In this document: in pieces, positions 1 through 9,392 of the stretch | Layout: each line of letters starts with the position of its first letter | Position numbering within the stretch: position 1 is the stretch's first letter | DNA from: Candidatus Tayloriibacteriota bacterium | GTDB lineage: Bacteria > Patescibacteriota > Minisyncoccia > Phycocordibacterales > PALSA-1337 | DNA length: 64,000 bases | Reading direction: 5' to 3' | Assembly: GCA_003151615.1 (NCBI GenBank) | Contig: PLXZ01000003.1 | Location: 3,545 to 67,544, forward strand | Made by a program: the position numbers and the translations under genes | The notes under the pieces: generated by a model | The model's input: the letters and a program-made list of their open reading frames with translations, nothing else | Told to the model about the DNA's origin: nothing | Databases searched by the model: none

Positions 1-103
1 AATCAAATGATTGAAAGCGAAAACCGCCCATAGAATCAAGATGACAAGTATTGCGATGATTATGATTAACATGTTTTTTTATTATACTTTGATTATACCA
101 CTA

Positions 104-755
104 TTACTGTATGCGGACATACACCTGATCGGTCGTGCCGTTTTGATTGGAAACGCTGACCGTGTATATGCCGGGACTCAGTACCAGATATGACGGACAC
201 TGCAAACCTGTATTCCCTTCATCCTGCGTACATGCCTGAAACGGAACCGCCGCATTGATTGAAGTATCGGAGGAAGACGGTCCTTCCCACAAAACACCCT
301 GAACCGAACCATTTGAAATCCAGACGAGTGTATCGTTTCCGAAAAAGCCCGATCCGGTCAAAACCAAATTTCCTCCGACTGAAATAGGATTTGGCGAAAC
401 AGCCGACAAATTAATGGCAATCGCGGAAGAAGAACTGCCGGCCGATTGGGTCGGATAATTAACTTCGTCTCCAGTCGTGGACGCGGGTGTTGCAGTATTC
501 GACGAACCGTCCGATGGGCCGCTCAGGGAATCAGCCAGCGAAGACGATGAAGTTCCCGCGCCAATGATAATGCTCGAGGTTGTCGAAACGGGTGTTATGT
601 CGGAACTGGACGGCCCACTGAAAATAGTAACTCCCGAACCGGAACGAATGCCTGAAATCACATAATATCCCGCCACGCCTAAAACGATGCCGGCAAGAAC
701 TGCGACAATTACGATGAGCATTATCCTCTTATTCTGTGGGCTCATACGATGATTA
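104..755 (-). CDS. Hypothetical membrane-anchored Ser/Thr-rich secreted protein
   Basis: The track ORF is 104..793. I place the start at the ATG giving MSPQNKRIMLIVIVAVLAG (signal anchor) rather than the upstream GTG. Single N-terminal TM segment, long S/T/G-rich linker and a C-terminal globular region. A TATAAT-like motif lies just upstream. Confidence 0.5.
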
Positions 756-823
756 TACACCTTGACGCCCTGATTAATTTCAACAATTTGCACTATTTTC
801 CGAATATGATAGACTAGTCTGCA

Positions 824-1057
824 ATGAAGGTGATTTCATCTCTGCTACCCTATATACAGATTGTACTCGCAATCGTACTGATTGCGGTTATTCTCCTGCA
901 ACAGACGGGTGCCGCCATGGGCGGTGCGTTCGGCGGAAGCGACAATTTCAGCTCGGCTTTCCACACGCGTCGCGGATTTGAAAGAACCCTCTTTATCACA
1001 ACGATAGTGATCGGCATTCTGTTTGCTGCATCGGCAATCATCAACCTCATTTACTAA
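824..1057 (+). CDS. secG: Preprotein translocase subunit SecG
   Basis: 77 aa with two TM helices and the central LLQQ-G-AAMGGAFGGS glycine-rich motif typical of SecG. Confidence 0.7.
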   Translation: MKVISSLLPYIQIVLAIVLIAVILLQQTGAAMGGAFGGSDNFSSAFHTRRGFERTLFITTIVIGILFAASAIINLIY

Positions 1058-1131
1058 TTTACCAATTTTTGGTTTAAAAAATCTTTACCTGCAATCGGCG
1101 TACCCGCCATTCAGGAACGGACCATATTACC

Positions 1132-2913
1132 GTGAACGAAACCCAGGAAAAAAATCAGGAACAAAACGAAAAAGAGCTGCGCATCAAAGGCAGTAAAAAA
1201 ATCCTCGGCATGCTCCGAAGCTTTTCCGCGACTGAAAAGGTCATTTTTGCCGTGCTTGCAATCATCATGTCCGTAACCGCGACGATTCTCGCAGCCCGGA
1301 CAAATGCCCTTTTTTTGGTGCCTGTGCCGACGCAGGGCGGACAGCTGGATGAAGGCGTCGTGGGTCTTCCCCGTCTCATTAACCCTGTTTTGGCCTTCAC
1401 GGATACGGATCGCGATCTCACGGCCCTTGTCTATGCCGGACTTATGAAATATGAAAACGGAAATCTTGTTCCGGACCTGGCGCAGAGTTACACCGTATCG
1501 GCCGACGGGTTGACCTATGCTTTTACGCTCAAACCAAATCTCCAGTTCCAGGACGGCACGCCGCTGACGGCTGACGATATCCTCTTTACCATTCAGGCGA
1601 TTCAAAACGCCGCGCTGAAAAGCCCTCTTGCCGCGGACTGGGCGAATATTTCCGTGACGAAACTTTCGCCGAACCAAATTCAGTTCGTGCTGAAACAGCC
1701 GTATGCCCCGTTTCTTTCAAACACAACCATCGGCATCCTGCCAAAACATATCTGGAACAATGTCAGCACCAACGAATTCATTTTCAGCGAATATAACGTG
1801 AATCCAGTCGGCGCTGGCCCGTATAAAGTCGGAAGCATTGCGCGAAGTTCGAGCAATGTGCCCACTTCATATACGCTCGTTCCATGGAACAACTACCAGG
1901 GCGGCGAAGCCTACATTTCCAATATAGTCTTTCATTTTTTCTCCGACGAGAAGAGCGCGGTGGACGCGTATGAGAACGGGACGATAGACGCAGTTTCAGG
2001 AATTTCTTCTGATGATGCGGCGCACATCGGTTCAACAACTCCCGACGCGTCGGTATCCTCGCCCGTCCTGCCCCATATTTTCGGAGTTTTCTTCAATCAA
2101 AATCAGCAATCAATTTTGGCGGACGCGGCGGTGCGCCAGGCTTTGAATATCGGTCTCAATAAAAACGTTATCGTCAATGAAGTCTTCGACGGATACGCCA
2201 CGCCGATAAACAGCGCGATTCCCGTCGGCACGCTTTCAAATCCGGCGACATTCGATCCAAACGGAAGCACGACTGAAGCCAAAGCCATTCTTGTAAAAGA
2301 CGGCTGGACGATGGGAACGCAGGGTGTTTTTCAAAAGTACGCCAAAAAAACCGGCACGACGACCCTGGCTTTTTCAATATCGACTTCAAATTCTCCGAGC
2401 CTGACCCAGACCGCGAATATTTTGAAACAGCAGTGGGCAAACATCGGCGTCCGGGTAACCGTCAACATATATGAACAAAGCGACCTTAATCAGAACGTCA
2501 TCGCGCCGCGAAAGTACGACTCGCTTCTGTTCGGCGAGTCGTTCGGAACGGTTCCGGACCTGTACGCATTCTGGGATTCTTCGCAGAGAAATTCGCCGGG
2601 ACTTAATATTGCGATGTACGTCAACGCTTCGGCAGACAAGCTTCTCGAAGGCGCGCGAGCGGCATCAGACCCGACAGTCCGGCTTTCGGATTACGCTTCG
2701 TTCGATAAAATTATGCAAAACGACATGCCTGCGGTATTTCTTTACTCACCCGATTTCATATACGTCATGCCGGACAGCGTGAAAGGCACGGAAAACATCT
2801 CGGCCGCCGGCAACAGCGTGACGGATGCGTCGGACCAGTGGGACGGAGTATCGAAATGGTACATAGACACCGACAGCGTTTGGAAACCATTGGCAAAGTA
2901 CGCTCAAAATTAA
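1132..2913 (+). CDS. ABC transporter substrate-binding protein, family 5 (oligopeptide/dipeptide-binding, OppA/DppA-like), N-terminal TM-anchored
   Basis: 593 aa. GTG start; an alternative ATG lies at 1210. The N-terminal hydrophobic anchor is followed by a typical SBP_bac_5 fold, judged by length and conserved blocks such as DGTPLTADDILFT and YAFWDS. Confidence 0.8.
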   Translation: MNETQEKNQEQNEKELRIKGSKKILGMLRSFSATEKVIFAVLAIIMSVTATILAARTNALFLVPVPTQGGQLDEGVVGLPRLINPVLAFTDTDRDLTALVYAGLMKYENGNLVPDLAQSYTVSADGLTYAFTLKPNLQFQDGTPLTADDILFTIQAIQNAALKSPLAADWANISVTKLSPNQIQFVLKQPYAPFLSNTTIGILPKHIWNNVSTNEFIFSEYNVNPVGAGPYKVGSIARSSSNVPTSYTLVPWNNYQGGEAYISNIVFHFFSDEKSAVDAYENGTIDAVSGISSDDAAHIGSTTPDASVSSPVLPHIFGVFFNQNQQSILADAAVRQALNIGLNKNVIVNEVFDGYATPINSAIPVGTLSNPATFDPNGSTTEAKAILVKDGWTMGTQGVFQKYAKKTGTTTLAFSISTSNSPSLTQTANILKQQWANIGVRVTVNIYEQSDLNQNVIAPRKYDSLLFGESFGTVPDLYAFWDSSQRNSPGLNIAMYVNASADKLLEGARAASDPTVRLSDYASFDKIMQNDMPAVFLYSPDFIYVMPDSVKGTENISAAGNSVTDASDQWDGVSKWYIDTDSVWKPLAKYAQN

Positions 2914-2963
2914 ATCAAAAATTAACAAAATTATAAATCATTAATAATAACTCATAGAAAATC

Positions 2964-4991
2964 ATGAACCCTCCAGCAAATAACACAGACAGCAAGACAG
3001 AAAATAAGACTGCGCAGAAAACTCCGGCGTCAGCAATACCGGCATCCGCACAGACGACTGCACCAGCTGGTTTTTCGCCGCGTCCAGGCGGACCTTCGCG
3101 CGGAGGAAATCGCGGCATGGGCGGCGGAATGCGTGGCGGCTCACGAGGCGGTTCTCGCGGAGGCGGAGGGGGTATGAGAAGCGGAGGTTCACGGGGCGGA
3201 CGGAATGACCGACGCCCGGGCCCGCGTCCCGCAATGACTCAGATTCATAAACCTGTTGAAGACAGCGTTCCGCCGCTCGCGGCCGATTCGATTCGCATCA
3301 TCCCGCTCGGCGGCGTTGAAGAAATCGGAAAAAACATGACCGCCATCGAATTCGGCGAGGATATCATCGTCATCGACATCGGCTTTCAATTCAAAGACGA
3401 GAGCACTCCCGGCATCGACTATATTTTGCCGAACACAAAATATTTGGAAGAAAGAAAAGGTAAAATCCGCGCGGTCATCGTGACCCACGGCCACCTCGAC
3501 CATATCGGCGGAATCCCCTATATCATGCCGCGCATCGGCAATCCGCCTTTGTATACCCGCCTCCTCACTTCGATTTTGATCAAAAAGAAGCAAGAAGAAT
3601 TTCCGCATGAACAGCCGCTCGACATCAAGCTCGTCGAAAAAGACGAATCAATCACCCTCGGCAAATTGAAGGTGAAGTTTTTCGCGGTGACCCACACCAT
3701 TCCTGATGCCATGGGAATCATCGTCGAAACTCCGTACGGCGACATCGTTCACACGGGAGACCTTAAACTCGACCATGTTGACGGCGTACCGACGGACGAG
3801 GAAGAAGCGGAATACGACAAAAAATTCAAAAACCGAAACGTGCTCATGCTCATGGCCGATTCGACGAACGTGGAAAATCCCGGTTTCTCGACTCCGGAAA
3901 AATTGGTGCACAAAAATATCGAAGAAATCATAAAAAATGTGAAGGGACGTTTGATCGTCAGTACTTTCGCATCGCTTTTCGAGCGAACCTTGAAAATCGT
4001 GGAGCTCGCCGAAAAATACGGAAAAAAAGTCTGCGTCGAAGGCCGTTCGATGAAAAACAATATTGAAATCGCGATGAAACTCGGTTTGCTCAAGCCGAAA
4101 AAAGATACTTTGATTACGGCCGAACAAATCGACCAATTCCCTCCTGAAAGGATTATCATTCTGGCGACCGGTGCTCAAGGCGACGAATTCGGCGCAATCA
4201 TGCGCATTTCAAATAAAACGCATAAAAGCATCCGCATCACAAAACGCGACACTATTTTGCTTTCGTCATCGGTCGTTCCGGGCAATGAACGCGCGGTTCA
4301 ACGATTAAAGGACAACCTGTCACGCCAAGGCGCGCACATCATCCACTATCGCATGGCGGAAATTCACTCGTCCGGACATGCCAATAAAGACGAAACGGCC
4401 TGGATCCACAAGAAAATCCATCCGCGGTTCTTCATGCCGGTTCACGGATACCATTATATGTTGCGCGTGCACGGCGATCTCGCCCGCGACGCGAACAATT
4501 TGCCTGAAGACGCAATCATCATCCCGGACAATGGTTCAGTCGTTGAAATCCAGGGACTTTCGCTGGGCGGCGGCATTGACAAAAAAAGTCCCGACGCAAA
4601 AATCGTCAAGCTCGAACAGAAGGCCCCGTCCGGCATCGTTATGGTTGACGGTTTCTCGGTCGGCGACATTCAGGACGTGGTCATCCGCGACCGACAGGCT
4701 TTGGCACAGGACGGAATCTTCATCGTCTTCGCAATGATCAATGCCCAGACCGGCAAGCTCCGCAAATCCCCCGACATCATTTCCCGAGGCTTCGTCTATC
4801 TGCGCGAATCGCAGGAACTTCTCCATCAGGCGCGCCTCGTCATCAAAAATACCATCGAACAATCAACAAAAGGCCAAAACCCAATCAACATGGATTATGT
4901 AAAAGGCGCAATTACCGAAGACATCAGCAAGTTTTTGCTGCAGAAAACAGCGAAGCGACCGATTGTCATTCCGGTGCTGTTGACGATTTAG
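2964..4991 (+). CDS. rnj: Ribonuclease J (metallo-beta-lactamase/beta-CASP RNase) with RGG-rich N-terminal extension
   Basis: HGHLDHIGG zinc-binding motif, a beta-CASP region and an RNase J C-terminal domain. The first ~95 aa are low-complexity Gly/Arg-rich (RGG repeats). Confidence 0.9.
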   Translation: MNPPANNTDSKTENKTAQKTPASAIPASAQTTAPAGFSPRPGGPSRGGNRGMGGGMRGGSRGGSRGGGGGMRSGGSRGGRNDRRPGPRPAMTQIHKPVEDSVPPLAADSIRIIPLGGVEEIGKNMTAIEFGEDIIVIDIGFQFKDESTPGIDYILPNTKYLEERKGKIRAVIVTHGHLDHIGGIPYIMPRIGNPPLYTRLLTSILIKKKQEEFPHEQPLDIKLVEKDESITLGKLKVKFFAVTHTIPDAMGIIVETPYGDIVHTGDLKLDHVDGVPTDEEEAEYDKKFKNRNVLMLMADSTNVENPGFSTPEKLVHKNIEEIIKNVKGRLIVSTFASLFERTLKIVELAEKYGKKVCVEGRSMKNNIEIAMKLGLLKPKKDTLITAEQIDQFPPERIIILATGAQGDEFGAIMRISNKTHKSIRITKRDTILLSSSVVPGNERAVQRLKDNLSRQGAHIIHYRMAEIHSSGHANKDETAWIHKKIHPRFFMPVHGYHYMLRVHGDLARDANNLPEDAIIIPDNGSVVEIQGLSLGGGIDKKSPDAKIVKLEQKAPSGIVMVDGFSVGDIQDVVIRDRQALAQDGIFIVFAMINAQTGKLRKSPDIISRGFVYLRESQELLHQARLVIKNTIEQSTKGQNPINMDYVKGAITEDISKFLLQKTAKRPIVIPVLLTI

Positions 4992-4993
4992 TC

Positions 4994-5146
4994 TCTAGAT
5001 ACATTAAGTACAAGGAACCCGTATATACACTTTTCAAGAGACACGGAAATTTGAGGGCTTCAAATTTCCTCACCTCCGGACCGACGTCCGTCGGCAGGTC
5101 TCTCGTAAAGTATATATACGGGTTCCTAGTGCTTGTATATCTAGAT
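4994..5146. repeat. 153-bp nested imperfect palindrome (MITE-like or bidirectional terminator structure)
   Basis: Outer arms tctagatacattaagtacaaggaacccgtatatacacttt (4994-5033) and aaagtatatatacgggttcctagtgcttgtatatctaga (5107-5145) are near-perfect inverted repeats. Inner hairpins gaaatttgagggcttcaaatttc and ccgacgtccgtcgg lie inside. The element sits between the convergent rnj and the 5218..6144 gene. Confidence 0.7.
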
Positions 5147-5217
5147 TAATAGTCAACAAAAAAAGCAATCAGAAATGACTCCGACTGCTTGTGAAATAAC
5201 GAACGCGCTACGACATT

Positions 5218-6144
5218 TCAAACTGACACAAGTTTTTCGCATTTGTTGTCAATGTAGAAGCTTGCCTGACCGACAAATGAAGCAAGTCCGGCAAGCAACG
5301 TGAGCGACTGGAGCGGACTGTCAACATTGTGACAGGTAAACTCGCGGCCTTCACCCGGACGACGGGAATAAAACCCTGTGTTGATGCCGCATGCGTCACC
5401 GGGAACAGTAAGCCCAATGGAACTGGAATCGCAGTCAACACGGATCGTCCCGCGAGCATGCGTATATCCATTCCCCCACATGTGCGTTTCCGCGGCAATC
5501 ATTGCTTCAAGGACATTTTTTACGATAATATGCTTCAACTCAAACGGATTTGAAGCGACATAATCAATAAAATCGGCACCGAAATAACCGTCGACTCCAC
5601 TGCCGTGCTGGCCATGCCGAGCTATTACGGAGACAGTAACATGTTGATGTTCCTTGGCGGAAGTGTCCTCGTCAACATCAAGAATTGCGAATAACAAACC
5701 AAGGCTGGAGGTAACGGCATACGCCGCCCGCCAGTCGTAAGTGTGTTGTATTTTGCTACCGTCGCAACGCAGGCATTTTTCGCCTTCACGCCATTCGTCA
5801 ATGCTTTCGCCGGTGCCGGCGCAATGTTCACAGGTAAAATGCGTCGGCATTTTGATGTGAGGAAGCAAAACACGAAACTCAAGATAATCCCCTGAGTCAC
5901 GCGTCTTTTGAAGCGCATGGTTGAAACCAAAAGAATCGCCCCCCGCAAGATCACCTGAAAAAGAATCAAAAAATGTATCCAAATCATGCGTTTGGATTAT
6001 GTTTTGAATCCACGGCGCATCCCTGGAAATAACTTTGACGAAACGAAGACAATCGCGATGAACGTCAACGATAATTGCCTCTTGATTGCTATCCCAGCGT
6101 AAATGATACTTCCGCGGGATACGGTCATACTGCATTAATTTCAT
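5218..6144 (-). CDS. Hypothetical protein with DnaJ-type CxxCxGxG zinc-finger hairpin
   Basis: 308 aa. CEHCAGTGE-x13-CLRCDG matches the CR-type zinc-finger repeat. I recognised nothing in the rest of the protein. Confidence 0.5.
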   Translation of the reverse strand: MKLMQYDRIPRKYHLRWDSNQEAIIVDVHRDCLRFVKVISRDAPWIQNIIQTHDLDTFFDSFSGDLAGGDSFGFNHALQKTRDSGDYLEFRVLLPHIKMPTHFTCEHCAGTGESIDEWREGEKCLRCDGSKIQHTYDWRAAYAVTSSLGLLFAILDVDEDTSAKEHQHVTVSVIARHGQHGSGVDGYFGADFIDYVASNPFELKHIIVKNVLEAMIAAETHMWGNGYTHARGTIRVDCDSSSIGLTVPGDACGINTGFYSRRPGEGREFTCHNVDSPLQSLTLLAGLASFVGQASFYIDNKCEKLVSV

Positions 6145-6275
6145 AAGAACCCTTTTGTTAAAGATTGACTGAGATTAGAATACACCTTCACTAGGTTTAG
6201 TCAAATGAACGCAAAAATTTTAGTAAAATTTTATTCTTTTTTTAGAGAAAATTCATTTCGATTTGATATCGTAAA

Positions 6276-6653
6276 TTGATGTCAAAAGAAGAATTAAAAG
6301 AATTCATAAAAAATACTCGTGAAAAATACAAACATATAAGGTACGTAGAATGTCCAGCCTTTGGAGGTGAAAAAATATATTTTACCAAACATGGATTCAA
6401 TCATCTTTTGAGAAAAGGTCGAATACCGCGAAGTATGGACGAACAAATACGGAGACTCAAATTACTAAGATATGTCGTTAAAATAATTGAGAAAAACCAT
6501 GCATTTGAGAGTTATCGAAAAGCTGAAAAACTCAATTCTATTCTGCATTTCTGGTCTTTTAAAAAGGTCATCGCCGGTAAAACCATTTTTGTAGTTATTT
6601 GCCAAAGAAACGACAAACCTAAAACATTCCTAAGCATCATGGATAAAAATTAA
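6276..6653 (+). CDS. Hypothetical protein (AT-rich gene)
   Basis: 125-aa ORF. It is divergent from 5218..6144 and shares an AT-rich promoter region with it. A clear intrinsic terminator follows. Confidence 0.5.
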   Translation: MMSKEELKEFIKNTREKYKHIRYVECPAFGGEKIYFTKHGFNHLLRKGRIPRSMDEQIRRLKLLRYVVKIIEKNHAFESYRKAEKLNSILHFWSFKKVIAGKTIFVVICQRNDKPKTFLSIMDKN

Positions 6654-6669
6654 GCAGTTGACCATACGC

Positions 6670-6697
6670 GCAAAAGACCCCGAAGGGTCTTTTCATA
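6670..6697 (+). terminator. Rho-independent terminator
   Basis: aaaagaccccgaagggtcttttc: GC stem, cgaa loop, then a T-run. Confidence 0.7.
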
Positions 6698-6854
6698 GTG
6701 TCCACCATCAGCGACAATGCCGATAGAATGTATGGTGCGCAAAACCATCAGACGCGAACATTATTGCCATTAATAGTAATCTTTTGAAAAAAATTTGTCA
6801 ACAGATTGATTATTGATAACTCTGCTATAATTATCAGCATAAACTTCCAATAAA

Positions 6855-8033
6855 ATGCGCCACCACCCGTCGATCAATCATCCGACAAAGATTGTCTACA
6901 CGATCCTTCTCATCGGTTTCATTTATACCCTGCACCTGACATTGCCGGTGTACATCGCGTCGAGCTTCCTTTCGACCTTCACAGACGAAAACACGGTCGG
7001 ACTGCTCTATACGATTGCGTCGCTTTTCACTATCCTTGGCCTGTTTTTGATCGGTCCGGTTTTGACGCGCTTCGGCAACTATCGGACTTCTCTGGCGCTG
7101 ATTGCGATCCAGCTTCTGCTCTTTTTGGGCTTCATAACGGCCACTTCGTTCAATGCGATTGCGGTCATATTCATCGTGTCGACGGCGATCGTGGCTCTTA
7201 TGGGATTGAACCTCGACGTTTTTTTGGAGACCTATTCCGAAGTTCGCAACACCGGCGGCATCCGCGGTTTATATATGGCGATAAACAATGTGGCTTGGAT
7301 TTTGGCACCACTTTTGGGCGCGGCGCTCCTTGTCGGCATTCATTACCGCAATGTGTATGTTGCGGCATTCACGCTTCTTTTTGTTCTGCTCTATCTTATA
7401 TATAAAAATCTGCGGCATTTCGAAGATCCGCATTACGGACATCTGTCCTTTCATCAGACGCTCGGACGTGTATTTAAAAACAAGGATCTCTCCAAACTTT
7501 TTGCGGCAAACATTATTTTGAACACCTTCTACAGCTGGATGGTCATTTACATGCCAATCTATTTGTACAAAACGATGGGCTTCAGCTGGGACAGCATCGG
7601 CATCATATTGACGGTCATGCTTTTGCCATTCGTCATATTTCAATATCCGGCCGGCCGATTGGCTGACAGCGGCTGGGGCGAGAAGAAAATCATGAGCCTC
7701 GGCTTTCTCATCATGGGCCTTTCCTGCTGTGCCCTGGCGTTTATAACGACCAACAGCCTCATTGTGTGGGCCGTGGCGCTGTTTGTGACGCGCATAGGAG
7801 CATCGATCGCCGAAGTCATGATTGAAGCCTATTTCTTCAAAAAAGTCAGCCCAGAAAATGCGGATTTACTGACATCATTCCGCGTGACGCGATACGGCGC
7901 ATACATCATCGCTCCGGCAATCACCGCCATCGGCATTTATTACGGCATCAATAATGGAAACATTTTTATTGTCCTCGGCTTGATTATTTTCTGGGCACTG
8001 CGATACACGCTGACGATTACGGATGTGGTTTAG
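6855..8033 (+). CDS. MFS transporter
   Basis: 392 aa with about 12 predicted TM helices and MFS-type loop motifs (for example GRLADSGWGEKK between TM helices). Confidence 0.8.
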   Translation: MRHHPSINHPTKIVYTILLIGFIYTLHLTLPVYIASSFLSTFTDENTVGLLYTIASLFTILGLFLIGPVLTRFGNYRTSLALIAIQLLLFLGFITATSFNAIAVIFIVSTAIVALMGLNLDVFLETYSEVRNTGGIRGLYMAINNVAWILAPLLGAALLVGIHYRNVYVAAFTLLFVLLYLIYKNLRHFEDPHYGHLSFHQTLGRVFKNKDLSKLFAANIILNTFYSWMVIYMPIYLYKTMGFSWDSIGIILTVMLLPFVIFQYPAGRLADSGWGEKKIMSLGFLIMGLSCCALAFITTNSLIVWAVALFVTRIGASIAEVMIEAYFFKKVSPENADLLTSFRVTRYGAYIIAPAITAIGIYYGINNGNIFIVLGLIIFWALRYTLTITDVV

Positions 8034-8278
8034 AAGCCGGCGACGGATTTCGATTTCAAATATACTGCCACAGCCTCCCTGTCCGAATCCGCGAGAATTT
8101 CACCGTCGATATCGAGTGTCGGCGTTTTCGTCTGGCCCGATTTCGCGACAAGCTCGTCGAAATACGCCTTGTTGCCGAGGACTTCGCGCTCTTCATATTT
8201 GACGCCTTTTTCGGCGAAGAGATCGAGAACTCCCTTGCACCACGGACAACCGCGTTTTGTGTAGAGGATTATGGTCAT
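8030..8278 (-). CDS. Glutaredoxin-family protein (NrdH/Grx-like)
   Basis: 82 aa with a CPWC active site near the N-terminus and a thioredoxin fold. An extended -10 (TGcTATAAT) lies about 10 nt upstream of the ATG. Confidence 0.8.
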   Translation of the reverse strand: MTIILYTKRGCPWCKGVLDLFAEKGVKYEEREVLGNKAYFDELVAKSGQTKTPTLDIDGEILADSDREAVAVYLKSKSVAGF

Positions 8279-8321
8279 TAGATTTTTATTATAGCATGAG
8301 TGCCGGGAGTGCTTTTTCCTT

Positions 8322-8440
8322 CATCAGCATGCAAATGCGAATGCGAAAATCAGACCCTATATTTTAAGCCATACTTTGTGCGTAATTTATATTAAATTCG
8401 CATTTGCATGCTGATGATGTTTAAAGAAAGACTCGCTCCC
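8322..8440. repeat. Hairpin-forming repeat element, copy A
   Basis: catcagcatgcaaatgcgaatgcgaaaat ... attaaattcgcatttgcatgctgatgatg forms a long stem, followed by the tail tttaaagaaagactcgc. A second copy lies at 10569-10752. Confidence 0.8.
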
Positions 8441-8485
8441 GTCCGTTCGCGTACCCGTCCGCGCCTCCATTCCAACGACACATTA

Positions 8486-9391
8486 TTATTTTTTCAATTC
8501 CGCTGACGCAACAACTTCCCACTCCTTCAAAACGCGGCGCGCTTCGATAGTCAAAAACATCGGGATTTCCTTGCGGATGCGGTTTTCTTCCTCGGCGCGC
8601 GGGCCGGCGACGCTGTTTTTATGCGAAACCCATTCCTCCAAACGGGCCACGTTGAAGCCGGCCTTGGTCAAAGTCTTGAAATACACCTGCAACGGACGGT
8701 GGAACGAAACCGTGAATTTTTTTGAGGTCGCTCGATCCTCACCCGGAGTCATGTCGATTCGTTCGCGGGATTCGGACATATATGCGTCGATGCGACGATA
8801 TTGATGACCTGCGCCCGGAGCGCCCTTGCCCGGTTCGCTGACATGATCCCACTGCCAGCTCGAGCGTTTCGGTATTCGGAATGCCGGATGGTTCAAGACG
8901 ATGAACAAACGACCGCCTGATTCAGTTGCCGTCGCCGGCCTCAAAACGCGCGCGCATTCCTGCATGGTTCCGGCCAAGTCCTCAATATTTTGTAAAGCCA
9001 AAACGACCGTAATGAGATCGATGCTTTTGTCCGTGATAAATTTCAGCGAATTCGACGGTGCGACATGATATTCGATTTTCCGCGTGACTGCGTCGGGATT
9101 TGCCTTGGCAATTTCAATCAGTTCCTTTGCGATATCCGCGCCGAAGACTTTCGCGGGACCTTCACTCGTTCCGCCGGCCTTTCCGCTTTGCCCAACTTTC
9201 GCCAACTCACGCGCGAAAAATCCCTGACCGCATGCAAGGTCAAGGACATTCGCGCCTTTGAGCGCACTGCTTCCGATCATCCGCATAAGATTCGGCAAAA
9301 TAACGTCTTTCTGATACGTACCCTCCCGCTTCTCGAGAAGCTCGTCATACCAGCCGGACACGCCGCCCCATGAAGTTTTCGTTGTGTTCAT
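8486..9391 (-). CDS. Class I SAM-dependent methyltransferase with ~100-aa C-terminal extension
   Basis: VLDLACGQGFFAREL is motif I and FIVLNHP is the motif IV region. I place the start at MNTTKTSWGG (9391), which overlaps the stop of the upstream nuclease gene by 1 nt (translational coupling). The track ORF extends to 9532 in another frame of the nuclease gene. Confidence 0.75.
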   Translation of the reverse strand: MNTTKTSWGGVSGWYDELLEKREGTYQKDVILPNLMRMIGSSALKGANVLDLACGQGFFARELAKVGQSGKAGGTSEGPAKVFGADIAKELIEIAKANPDAVTRKIEYHVAPSNSLKFITDKSIDLITVVLALQNIEDLAGTMQECARVLRPATATESGGRLFIVLNHPAFRIPKRSSWQWDHVSEPGKGAPGAGHQYRRIDAYMSESRERIDMTPGEDRATSKKFTVSFHRPLQVYFKTLTKAGFNVARLEEWVSHKNSVAGPRAEEENRIRKEIPMFLTIEARRVLKEWEVVASAELKK

Positions 9392-9392
9392 A

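Noticed and set aside
11-193. 60-aa ORF at the window start
   Set aside because: It lies downstream of the first real gene on the opposite strand, is hydrophobic and AT-rich, and has no support.
1111-1677. 188-aa minus-strand ORF (and 1155..1421) overlapping the substrate-binding-protein gene
   Set aside because: Antisense shadow ORFs inside a well-supported gene, with no motifs.
3189-4178. Several minus-strand ORFs (139, 176 and 136 aa) inside the ribonuclease J gene
   Set aside because: Shadow ORFs typical of coding regions. Ribonuclease J on the plus strand is unambiguous.
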